A program made the position numbers and the translations under genes. This document shows, in pieces, positions 29,235 through 38,044 of a stretch of DNA of 64,000 bases (position 1 is the first letter of the stretch; the number at the start of each line of letters is the position of its first letter). This DNA is from a virus (taxonomy: Duplodnaviria > Heunggongvirae > Uroviricota > Caudoviricetes): IMG/VR virus record IMGVR_UViG_2541047879_000001, one strand, 5' to 3'. Below the pieces are notes generated by a model, which saw only the letters and a program-made list of their open reading frames with translations, did not search any database and was not told where the DNA came from.

Positions 29235-29981
29235 ATGAAAAATATTGCGACAGGCGGCGTTCTGGAACGTATCCGCAGACTGGCCCCGCCACATGTAACC
29301 GCGCCATTCAGGACGGTGGCGGAGTGGCGCGAGTGGCAACTTGCAGAAGGCCAGAAACGTTGCGAGGAGATCAATCGCCAGAATCGTCAGTTGCGGGTGG
29401 AAAAAATTCTGAATCGCTCCGGCATCCAGCCGTTGCACCGCAAATGCTCGTTTTCGAATTACCAGGTGCAGAACGACGGCCAGCGATACGCGTTGAGCCA
29501 GGCGAAATCCATCGCCGATGAACTGATGGTCGGGTGTACAAATTTTGCGTTTAGCGGAAAACCTGGTACCGGAAAAAACCATCTGGCGGCGGCTATCGGG
29601 AATCGCCTGCTGAAAAACGGTCAGACAGTGATTGTGGTTACCGTGGCTGATGTTATGAGTGCTCTACACGCCAGCTATGACGACGGGCAATCAGGCGAAA
29701 AATTTTTGCGGGAACTGTGCGAAGTGGATCTGCTGGTTCTTGATGAAATTGGCATTCAGCGCGAGACAAAAAACGAGCAGGTGGTACTGCACCAGATTGT
29801 TGATCGCCGGACAGCGTCGATCCGCAGCGTGGGGATGCTGACAAACCTGAACTATGAGGCCATGAAAACATTGCTCGGCGAGAGGATTATGGATCGGATG
29901 ACCATGAACGGCGGGCGATGGGTGAATTTTAACTGGGAGAGCTGGCGCCCGAATGTTGGTCAGCCAGGAATTGAGAAGTAA
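29235..29981 (+). CDS. ydaV: DnaC/IstB-like AAA+ helicase loader (YdaV-like)
   Basis: 248 aa; Walker A GKPGTGKNHLAAAIG and Walker B LLVLDEIG. Confidence 0.8.
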   Translation: MKNIATGGVLERIRRLAPPHVTAPFRTVAEWREWQLAEGQKRCEEINRQNRQLRVEKILNRSGIQPLHRKCSFSNYQVQNDGQRYALSQAKSIADELMVGCTNFAFSGKPGTGKNHLAAAIGNRLLKNGQTVIVVTVADVMSALHASYDDGQSGEKFLRELCEVDLLVLDEIGIQRETKNEQVVLHQIVDRRTASIRSVGMLTNLNYEAMKTLLGERIMDRMTMNGGRWVNFNWESWRPNVGQPGIEK

Positions 29982-30003
29982 TTTTTACCGGGAGGAAATT
30001 TTA

Positions 30004-30729
30004 ATGGAGACCGTTTTTGACGCACTGAAAGCAATGGGAAAAGCCTCTTCCCAGGAAGTGGCAGCACGTCTGGGAATGACCCGGGATGAGGCGATTAACG
30101 AGCTGTGGAAACTGAAGCGTCGTGGGGAAGCTGATAACAAGGGCCCGATGTGGTGGTTGACTCAAACCGACGAAAACGCATCTGTAGCACAGGCTTCTAA
30201 AGTGACAGCGCAAATGCTGATCGAGGCGATTGAACAGCATGGCCCTAAAGCGGCTGATGAACTTGCACTGATATTCAGAATTACTTCCCGCAGGGTGAAC
30301 TCATCGCTGGCTATGGCCATCAGCAAAGGTCGTCTGATTCGCGTAAATCAGAACGGTAAATTTCGTTACTGCCTGCCGGACGGTAATTTACCAGCAGAGC
30401 CGAAAGTTGTATCGGTAGTGAAAACACCTGGTAAAGGCTTTCCTCAGCCAGCCGGTGTTGCGTTACCAGTACAGGAAGCGGCAACACAGGAAGAAATTAA
30501 AACAGATACTGTGGGGGACATTGTGCAGTCACTACCATCGTTCACTGAAACGCGAGCCAATGACCTGATTATACCATCGCTGCAAATGGCAAACCGCGAA
30601 CTGCGCCGGGCGAAAAGTTATGTCCAGAAGTGGGAGCGAGTCTGCGCCGCGCTGCGTGAGCTGAACAAGCACCAGGATATTGTCCGTCAGATTGTCGATT
30701 CCTCCAGTCGTATTGTGTCGGAAAAGTGA
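30004..30729 (+). CDS. Hypothetical protein (YdaW-position, winged-helix-like N-terminus)
   Basis: Start at ATG 30004 (METVFDALKAMGK...). Confidence 0.5.
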   Translation: METVFDALKAMGKASSQEVAARLGMTRDEAINELWKLKRRGEADNKGPMWWLTQTDENASVAQASKVTAQMLIEAIEQHGPKAADELALIFRITSRRVNSSLAMAISKGRLIRVNQNGKFRYCLPDGNLPAEPKVVSVVKTPGKGFPQPAGVALPVQEAATQEEIKTDTVGDIVQSLPSFTETRANDLIIPSLQMANRELRRAKSYVQKWERVCAALRELNKHQDIVRQIVDSSSRIVSEK

Positions 30730-30745
30730 TTCCTGGGGAGGGCTT

Positions 30746-31168
30746 ATGGCAAAAGTATTTACACAGGAAGAGCGAGAAAAAATTAAAGGGCAGATTGTTG
30801 ATCTTGTACGCCAGAGCGGGCGAGAGACGTTACGACAACTGGAAGCTAAAACGGGGGCGACAAGATATCTGATAAGCGCTCTTGCTAGGGAGTTGGTTGC
30901 GAATGGTGATGTATACAACTCTGGCTATGGGTTATTTCCGTCTGAGCAGGCACGTCAAGACTGGCAAAACGCCCGCAAAAAACTATCGAGGGCAAAGGTG
31001 AAGAAACCAGTTGTGGTTGATCTGGACCTTATTTGGTCATTACCAGACGGAGAAATACGTCGCTACGACAGGCGTCTGAACATAATTTGCCGTGAGTGCC
31101 GGAAGAGTGAAGTTATGCAGCGTGTATTAGCATTCTATCAGGGAAATGTTCGGTATTTATTGAAGTGA
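30746..31168 (+). CDS. Hypothetical protein
   Basis: Start at ATG 30746 (MAKVFTQEEREK...); 140 aa. Confidence 0.45.
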   Translation: MAKVFTQEEREKIKGQIVDLVRQSGRETLRQLEAKTGATRYLISALARELVANGDVYNSGYGLFPSEQARQDWQNARKKLSRAKVKKPVVVDLDLIWSLPDGEIRRYDRRLNIICRECRKSEVMQRVLAFYQGNVRYLLK

Positions 31169-31377
31169 CGAGATTAAAGACCATTAATTCATATGTGAAT
31201 TGACAGTTTCATGGCACAGGATACGGCTAGCGTGGTTGTCTGTTTTGTGCCAGGGGCGGGCCTAACTAAGTTCACACAACATTGATTATTGAAGATTAGG
31301 TCAGAAATAAATAGGTTATTTTGATAATTTAGTTACGTTAGAATGCCGCAGTGTACAAAGTAAAAATGAGGAATAAT

Positions 31378-32739
31378 ATGACTCGGAGTGAAATAAACGT
31401 CTGGGATAAGAGACGAGGCACCAATAGTCATCGTGTGGAGGAGATTCGATCTGAAGCTCAGCACGACCTTTCTCGACTGATTCACTCGTCTGCTTTCAGA
31501 CGATTGCAATCCAAAACACAGGTTCTTGGTCTGGGTGAAAGTGATTTCTACCGCACACGACTGACTCATTCTATGGAAGTCGCACAAATCGGTTCAGGTC
31601 TTCTTGCTAAGCTGAAAATAAAATATAAAGGTAAAGAGCAAGAGCAATTTTTACCAGATAACGATCTTATGCAGGCAGTATGTCTCGCACATGATATTGG
31701 ACATCCTCCATTTGGTCACGGCGGTGAGGTAGCTCTTAACTACTGTATGCAGGATTACGGTGGTTTTGAAGGAAACGGTCAGACACTTCGCATTCTCTCG
31801 AAACTAGATAAGTATACCGTTGAACACGGACTCGATCCTACACGCAGACTTCTGCTAGGCATACTGAAATATCCGGTTAAATACTCGGATCTAGTGGTTA
31901 CAAAAGACAGAATCCCGGCCACTATCGGATCGCCGAACTGGCTCTTTAAGTCATCTGATTTTAAACCTCCAAAATGCTATCTAGATTCAGAATGCGATGT
32001 TGTAGAATTTGCTCTTTCACCATTTACTGAACAGGATCGGAGGCTTTTTACTTCCGTTGAAGATGGTCAAACTAAATCCGATCATAAAAAAGCTTCTTAT
32101 AAAGCTCTCGATACAACCATCATGGATCTTGCCGATGAAATTTCGTATTCGCTGCACGATTTGGAGGATGCTATTTCTCTCGGAATGGTGACACGAGAAA
32201 TGTGGATGGAGCATTTCAGTGAATATGAAACCCTATTTACTAACTGCCATGGAGAAACATTTTCCGCAACATGTGAATCTGTCGCGGATAGCCTTTTTGG
32301 TGAAAGTTACAAGAGAAAAGAGTGCATCGGGATGCTGGTTCACCTGATGATTACAAGCGTTGAGCTTATTACAAAGAATCCAGCATTCGAATGTGGCATG
32401 CTCAAATATAATGCGGTCCTTCCGGAAGCGGTCGAAGCACTACGGTTGAAAATTTTCAAACTGGTCAAAAATAAAGTAATTAAGCATGAAAATGTACAGC
32501 AGCTTGAATTCAAGGGACAAAAGTTGATTGTTGAGCTTTTCGGTGTGCTGGCTAACGATCCGTGTCGGTTTCTACCGGCATCAACGAGGGAAATTTACGA
32601 GCGGCAGACTAGCTTGGACGAGAAGGCTGGTATGCGAGTCATTTGCGACTATGTTTCAGGGATGACTGATGACTATGCAACAAAGCTTTATGAGAAGATC
32701 CTTATTCCACGCAAAGGGTCTATTTTTGACCATCTCTAA
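31378..32739 (+). CDS. HD-domain dGTP triphosphohydrolase-like protein (Dgt family); candidate antiphage dNTP-depletion enzyme
   Basis: N-terminal SSAFRRLQSKTQV...RLTHSMEVAQIG and HD motif VCLAHDIGHPPFGHGGE matching dGTPase family; start at ATG 31378 with GAGGA 5 nt upstream; AT-rich gene in accessory island. Confidence 0.8.
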   Translation: MTRSEINVWDKRRGTNSHRVEEIRSEAQHDLSRLIHSSAFRRLQSKTQVLGLGESDFYRTRLTHSMEVAQIGSGLLAKLKIKYKGKEQEQFLPDNDLMQAVCLAHDIGHPPFGHGGEVALNYCMQDYGGFEGNGQTLRILSKLDKYTVEHGLDPTRRLLLGILKYPVKYSDLVVTKDRIPATIGSPNWLFKSSDFKPPKCYLDSECDVVEFALSPFTEQDRRLFTSVEDGQTKSDHKKASYKALDTTIMDLADEISYSLHDLEDAISLGMVTREMWMEHFSEYETLFTNCHGETFSATCESVADSLFGESYKRKECIGMLVHLMITSVELITKNPAFECGMLKYNAVLPEAVEALRLKIFKLVKNKVIKHENVQQLEFKGQKLIVELFGVLANDPCRFLPASTREIYERQTSLDEKAGMRVICDYVSGMTDDYATKLYEKILIPRKGSIFDHL

Positions 32740-33149
32740 TGCGGCAAGAATGATGCTCTGAGTTCAATTGACCTATAAACATTAACCAAGGCATCTACCA
32801 GGGGGATATCAAATCCCCCCATTCTGAATTTGTTCGTGCAGAATCGGTGAACGTTCTCATCTGAGCGTTAAACGCCAATAATCGTTGATCTACATTGATC
32901 ATTAATACACCTTAATACCATTAGCGTCTTACTCCGTTATGAGAACAAACGCGAACTGACCTGCCCCCAGTATTAGTGACCTTCAGCTACGGTAACTTGT
33001 CCGCTTCGTGCCAGAAGCGGACATCCATAGAGAAATAAGCGATCAGTTCTTAAATTTGTTGTGATTTTTTGATTTTTTTGTATTCGCAAAGGGATTTGTG
33101 TTGGTTGTATAATTACCTAATATTCATACAGTTGAATGGGAGATGTGGG

Positions 33150-34043
33150 ATGAAGTTCTCGTACAGACATGGTTTTGATCCTGAGTATAATAAAAAGCCG
33201 ATACGGGAAGATGCTCCAGAGTGGCTTCGCTCTTTATTTTTTGTAACTGTCCTCGATAATTTTTTGTACATTGATGGTGATAGCCGCATTACGAATGATG
33301 AGAACAAGCCGTTGGGTATTAAGGCTTTGATCGAGCGACTTTGCGCAGAGAATGGTCAAGAAACAGATCATGAGGATTTCGATTCATGGTACTGCTATGA
33401 TGCTTTGAAAGCGCGTTTGCAACATATGCGTTGGTTTCAATTTTATGATGCTGTTGAGATTATCGGAGATCTATTAAGAAAAAGAGATGTAGAAAGAGGC
33501 CATACTTGGGGTAAGAAGGCATTAGAAGACATTACTTTTACATCATATCGTCAGAAATTGAACGAGTTATTCGCATCTCGAAATATTGACTGGAAAATGA
33601 ATTCTGCTGGTAGGTTAGAAACACCACTACCAAATGAATTAGAACAAAAAATCGATGAAACTAACAACTTATTGCAAGACCAGTTTGAACCTGCAAGGAG
33701 GCACTATGTGAAAGCCCGGGCTTTTGCATTAGGTGCGCATAAGGATCCAGAAAATTCCATAAAAGAATCAATAAGTGCAATAGAAAGCATGTGTCGGACT
33801 TATTATCCTTCAGCCTCAACCTTGGGCGATGTATTAAAACTGATGAGAAAAGAAAACACTATCTCACCTATGCTTTTAACGGTGATAGAGAAATTTTACG
33901 CTTATACAAATGCAGAGCCAGCAGTAAGACATGGTAGCAACAAGGTTTCTTCTGTCTTGGAATACGATGCTGAATTCGTGTTGCATATATCAGCAGCATT
34001 TATTAGAACAATAATACAAAGAAAAGCTGTTTTGGATAACTAA
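33150..34043 (+). CDS. Hypothetical protein, possibly Abi-like (helical, contains Rx6H motif RAFALGAH)
   Basis: Start at ATG 33150 (MKFSYRHGFDPEY...) preceded by candidate -10 TATAAT (33108-33113); AT-rich; domain assignment unverified. Confidence 0.5.
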   Translation: MKFSYRHGFDPEYNKKPIREDAPEWLRSLFFVTVLDNFLYIDGDSRITNDENKPLGIKALIERLCAENGQETDHEDFDSWYCYDALKARLQHMRWFQFYDAVEIIGDLLRKRDVERGHTWGKKALEDITFTSYRQKLNELFASRNIDWKMNSAGRLETPLPNELEQKIDETNNLLQDQFEPARRHYVKARAFALGAHKDPENSIKESISAIESMCRTYYPSASTLGDVLKLMRKENTISPMLLTVIEKFYAYTNAEPAVRHGSNKVSSVLEYDAEFVLHISAAFIRTIIQRKAVLDN

Positions 34044-34283
34044 GTCAGACTTACAGCCAACTGACTGTCTCTTATTATTCAAAACATAATAATGTTAGGT
34101 CCGCTTATCGCACATCAGGGACAACCATACTCAAATCTCCCACATTGCAGGAGATTTGAGTGTGAACACGTCACCGTGGAACAAAGACTGTATCATCGGT
34201 CAAAAAAGACCTGGTTATCTAGCAAAAACTTTTAACATACCAACAAACTTAATTTATTTAAATGCTATTAATACAACTAATGT

Positions 34284-35510
34284 TTAAAATATATATTTTA
34301 TATCAACCCAATTTTTAGCATTATTGTCAACTAAAGTAACGCTATGTCCATGACTTGAATTTATAGCATCGATTACTGATTGTGATGGGTGTCCATGTGA
34401 ATGACCATCCGACTGAGCTATAAACAAAACATTATCAAAATCCGCAATTATTTTTTGATTGAAATTTAATTCCGAACCATGATGAGGTAATGTCATCACC
34501 CTTACCGTTTTAATCACTTTTGAATAGAATTCAGCCCATTTATTATAATACAATGATGTATTAAGCTTTGAGTCACCTGTTAATAAAACAGATCTAATTC
34601 CTTTATCTCTATCAAAGAGAAAATGTCGCTCAACCCGACTATTTCTAAAACTAAACCACTCACGAGAAGGCTCATTAACAATTTTCATCTCAGCTTCTTG
34701 ATTATTAATAATCAAGAGATTGATTGATATTACATTATGATCGCCAGCAAGTTTTAAATAACACTCGCGTAATTTCTTTCTTTCCCCCGTGCTAGTTAAT
34801 ATTTTAAGCATTTTTTTCTTACTTAACTCAGTAAAACCATTTTCTATTAACTGCTGACTGAAAATTTCAATTTTCTTACGTGAACGGGGCGGTATCCAAG
34901 AAATAAATGACATTAGTGTATCAGTTTTGTTTTCCCCAATCCTTTTAACCAACCAACGGTTACATTCAACATCTCCTTTGGAGTCAGATATTTTCATTGG
35001 TAAGCTTACAGCGCTATCCTTAATGTTTTCACTATTAAATATAGGAGGGTCAAAATTATCATCAATATCACAGGGGTAAAGCAAAGATATATCTGCCTCA
35101 GGCAACCTTGATTTTATCCATTTGACAGGATCAATGAGAAATTCCATAAAAAGACCTGACGTAGAATTAGAGCATAGCTCCGATGCAATTAAGTAATAGC
35201 TATCATGGATATCTAGGTATGGTAATACAACCTTGCGTATTTTGTTATCTACAAGCTGACATAAATGGTCAAATCCATTTATATGGTCTGAATCCAAATG
35301 AGAGATGTATACCACATCAATATATTTCTCATCAATATTAAAGAGAGATTTAGCCACATCCATCTCCCTACGCAACGCATTTAATTGGTCACTTCCGCAG
35401 TCATACACATAACTGTAAAGCAAACTACCATCCCTTCCCCTCAGTCCGCCTAAACTAAATCCACCCTGGCCAACGGGAAACAATCTTTTATGAAATACTT
35501 CTCCGCTCAT
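34284..35510 (-). CDS. Standalone metallo-beta-lactamase-fold hydrolase (ComEC/Rec2-type MBL domain, putative nuclease)
   Basis: 408 aa; motifs PVGQGG, HLDSDHINGF (HxDxDH-type metal site) and LPHHGS characteristic of the ComEC-type MBL domain; no TM segments; AT-rich. Confidence 0.7.
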   Translation of the reverse strand: MSGEVFHKRLFPVGQGGFSLGGLRGRDGSLLYSYVYDCGSDQLNALRREMDVAKSLFNIDEKYIDVVYISHLDSDHINGFDHLCQLVDNKIRKVVLPYLDIHDSYYLIASELCSNSTSGLFMEFLIDPVKWIKSRLPEADISLLYPCDIDDNFDPPIFNSENIKDSAVSLPMKISDSKGDVECNRWLVKRIGENKTDTLMSFISWIPPRSRKKIEIFSQQLIENGFTELSKKKMLKILTSTGERKKLRECYLKLAGDHNVISINLLIINNQEAEMKIVNEPSREWFSFRNSRVERHFLFDRDKGIRSVLLTGDSKLNTSLYYNKWAEFYSKVIKTVRVMTLPHHGSELNFNQKIIADFDNVLFIAQSDGHSHGHPSQSVIDAINSSHGHSVTLVDNNAKNWVDIKYIF

Positions 35511-36224
35511 ATATCCTTCTTACACCCTAACGTGATCATAAAATTGTCTTAAAGTTAAGTTTAAAGCTAAAAAGTCACAGCTCATTCCAACTCGTGAGCA
35601 ATAGGAATGTATATTCAATCAGTTAGAGGATCAACCCGATTTTCTCTAATGAGATTTCGCAACGCAGTACGAACAGCAGCTACTTCTGCCATCTCATTAA
35701 CAACCACACTGGACTACAATCCCCTAAGTTCTACAGACTGTAACCATATCCTCTTCACAGAAATAATCTGATTAATGCTGAAGGTCATCTTTCTCGACGC
35801 GAATGTATGACATAACAACCTCAGTTAATTATCTTTCGATAGAAAAATACCTTCACAAAAGGTTTAAGCAACCCATCACAAGACAACACGCTAAGCTTGC
35901 CTTGTAAGCGTCCTGCTTAACCGAACAGTTCGCTTTCAGAGGATCTCCGGAGAACAGCTCCGATGCCTTATAAGGCCAATGCTCGCTCCTCGCTCACTGC
36001 GGACCTAAGGTTTGGTCAGCTTGTTCGCACTCTGCCAAAAGCGGGAGTTACTCCCATTCGGTGTTAATCAATGTAGAGCAGATCAATCAACGACAAAGAA
36101 AATGAGAGGCATATCACTACTCATATGAAAATTATTGTAGTAAAGTGAGCCGTAAGTTCATCATTTATAAATCATATAGCATATATGTTATATCAATTTT
36201 AATTTAAATGGCAGAATAATTACC

Positions 36225-36929
36225 ATGGAAAAAATTAAAACTCCTTGTCCATATTGTAAAGGTGAAAAAAATTGCCACATAATAGGCCATAAAAAAAGAG
36301 AATGGAGTGAGGATGATGGGGGCAACTATTTTTGGGCTGAAAGTGAATACAAATTATTAGAGTGTATGGGGTGCGACGGAATATTTACATATATTAAATC
36401 CCGTCACAGTGAAGATTACGACATTGAAAGAGATGAGTCAGGCTATGATTGTATGGTATATAACTATCATATATCAACATATCCCACTCAAGAGCAAGAA
36501 GAGATTAGACCAACTTGGTTTGGTGAGACATTAAACAAAGATCGTCAGCTGTATGTAATAATGAACGAAATGTACATCGCATTTCAAAATAAATCATTCA
36601 TTTTAGCGGCGATTGGACTTAGAACTATTTTTGACAGAACAGTTGAGGTTCTAAATATTCATCCAGGATATACATTAGGCCAGAAGGTTGACATTCTTAA
36701 AGAGGAAGGTTTTATTGGGGAAACAGAAAGGAGCCAACTTAAAATTGTAACCGAAGCTGGCAACTCAGCTGCACACAGGACATGGGCACCGAACGAAACT
36801 GAATTTAAATCGCTTTTGGTAATTATAGAAAATTTTGTAATGCGAACAATACTAAAAAATGAGGATATATTTAAGATTACAGAAAAATTACCTGCGAAAT
36901 ATCCAAGACCTCCCAAAAAGCAAGAATAA
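36225..36929 (+). CDS. Zinc-ribbon / DUF4145-like (HEPN-superfamily-like) protein
   Basis: 234 aa; N-terminal CPYC...CMGC zinc ribbon; C-terminal AAIGLRTIFDRTVE...GNSAAHRTW resembling DUF4145; AT-rich. Confidence 0.6.
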   Translation: MEKIKTPCPYCKGEKNCHIIGHKKREWSEDDGGNYFWAESEYKLLECMGCDGIFTYIKSRHSEDYDIERDESGYDCMVYNYHISTYPTQEQEEIRPTWFGETLNKDRQLYVIMNEMYIAFQNKSFILAAIGLRTIFDRTVEVLNIHPGYTLGQKVDILKEEGFIGETERSQLKIVTEAGNSAAHRTWAPNETEFKSLLVIIENFVMRTILKNEDIFKITEKLPAKYPRPPKKQE

Positions 36930-37367
36930 TGTACGTAAGTGTAAATAGAGCTAAGAGATTATATATTGACTCTGGTTATCTCTATTAGCACATGCTTTTT
37001 GTAATGCCTTAACTGATTATTTAAACTCCTGTCAGCTTTTCGCTCAAAGCGGACTAAAGTGTTGGCTTGTGACTGACTTAGCGCATTTAAGGAAGTGGTG
37101 GTGGTGACGGGGTGTTGTGTCCCATTTCCACAGAATAAATCAGAGAAACTATAGCGGCTGTAATGGCAATCTATGGTCTTGCTATTGCTCTTATGGATCA
37201 CCTTTCTGATTGATTTCATATTGGCGAGGTAACGGGAGTTAAGTAGAATAGCTGCGGGTGCTTGAGGCTGTCTGCCTCGGGCATGAACACCAAAGGCAGA
37301 TAGAGAAAAGCCCCAGTTAACATTACGCGTCCGGCAAGACGCTTAACATTAATCTGAGGCCACATCT

Positions 37368-37616
37368 ATGCTTTGCATACGTAGATTAGCCTCTTACCGA
37401 CCAAAAGGTCAAGGAGAAGCAGGCTATGAAGCAGCAAAAGGCGATGTTAATCACCCTGATCGTCATCTGTTTAACCGTTATAGTGACGGTACTGGTAACG
37501 AGGAAAGACCTCTGCGAGGTACGAATCCGAACCGACCAGACGGAGGTCGCTGTCTTCACAGCTTACGAACTTGGGGAGTAAGAGGACCAGCGGGGAGAAA
37601 TCCCCGCAACCTCTGA
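37368..37616 (+). CDS. mok: mok-like overlapping reading frame of hok locus
   Basis: 82-aa frame starting 58 nt upstream of hok and overlapping it in another frame, as in hok/sok loci. Confidence 0.45.
   Translation: MLCIRRLASYRPKGQGEAGYEAAKGDVNHPDRHLFNRYSDGTGNEERPLRGTNPNRPDGGRCLHSLRTWGVRGPAGRNPRNL
37426..37581 (+). CDS. hok: Hok/Gef-family type I toxin
   Basis: Own translation MKQQKAMLITLIVICLTVIVTVLVTRKDLCEVRIRTDQTEVAVFTAYELGE (51 aa, below track cutoff), near-identical to E. coli Hok proteins; SD AAGGAG upstream; 3' hairpin GCGGGGA-GAAA-TCCCCGC at 37590-37607. Confidence 0.85.
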   Translation: MKQQKAMLITLIVICLTVIVTVLVTRKDLCEVRIRTDQTEVAVFTAYELGE

Positions 37617-38044
37617 TGTATTATGCATCCTCAACGCAGCCACAGTTAACCTGATTGGCGGGTTTACTTCATCTGTAAATATTTTTATAAAAATAATGCC
37701 CACGCACAGCATAAAACAAAAAGTATTACAGATAAAAAAGGAACGTAATGTACAGATTTGTTGTTTTCCATATTTACTCACCTTAATATGATTAACCCTG
37801 ATAGGGCTGTTATTTCAGCGGTTTTCAAATGAGATATTATGGTGATCTGACAAATTTGCATAACATTAAAATTTAATTTGTTTAACCGCTTTTAATAATA
37901 AGCGTTGTTTGTATCCCAGCAATCTGTTGTTTGGTTTTTATTCCATTAAGGTGGGGGCTTTACACTGGAACCAGTTTATTTATACTTTATACGTCAGCCT
38001 GAACAACTGGCATCTGCTGCACTGCGCCATCGAGAGATTGAGAA

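Noticed and set aside
28835-29582. Minus-strand ORFs of 179 and 230 aa antisense to ydaU/ydaV
   Set aside because: Overlap the DnaC-like gene with clear Walker motifs on the plus strand; composition typical of antisense frames
31351-31377. Upstream GTG start of the dGTPase ORF as given in the track
   Set aside because: ATG at 31378 has a GAGGA Shine-Dalgarno 5 nt upstream; the upstream GTG lacks one
37563-37781. 72-aa minus-strand ORF overlapping the hok 3' end
   Set aside because: Overlaps the hok coding region and its 3' hairpin; hydrophobic low-complexity sequence; more likely antisense noise
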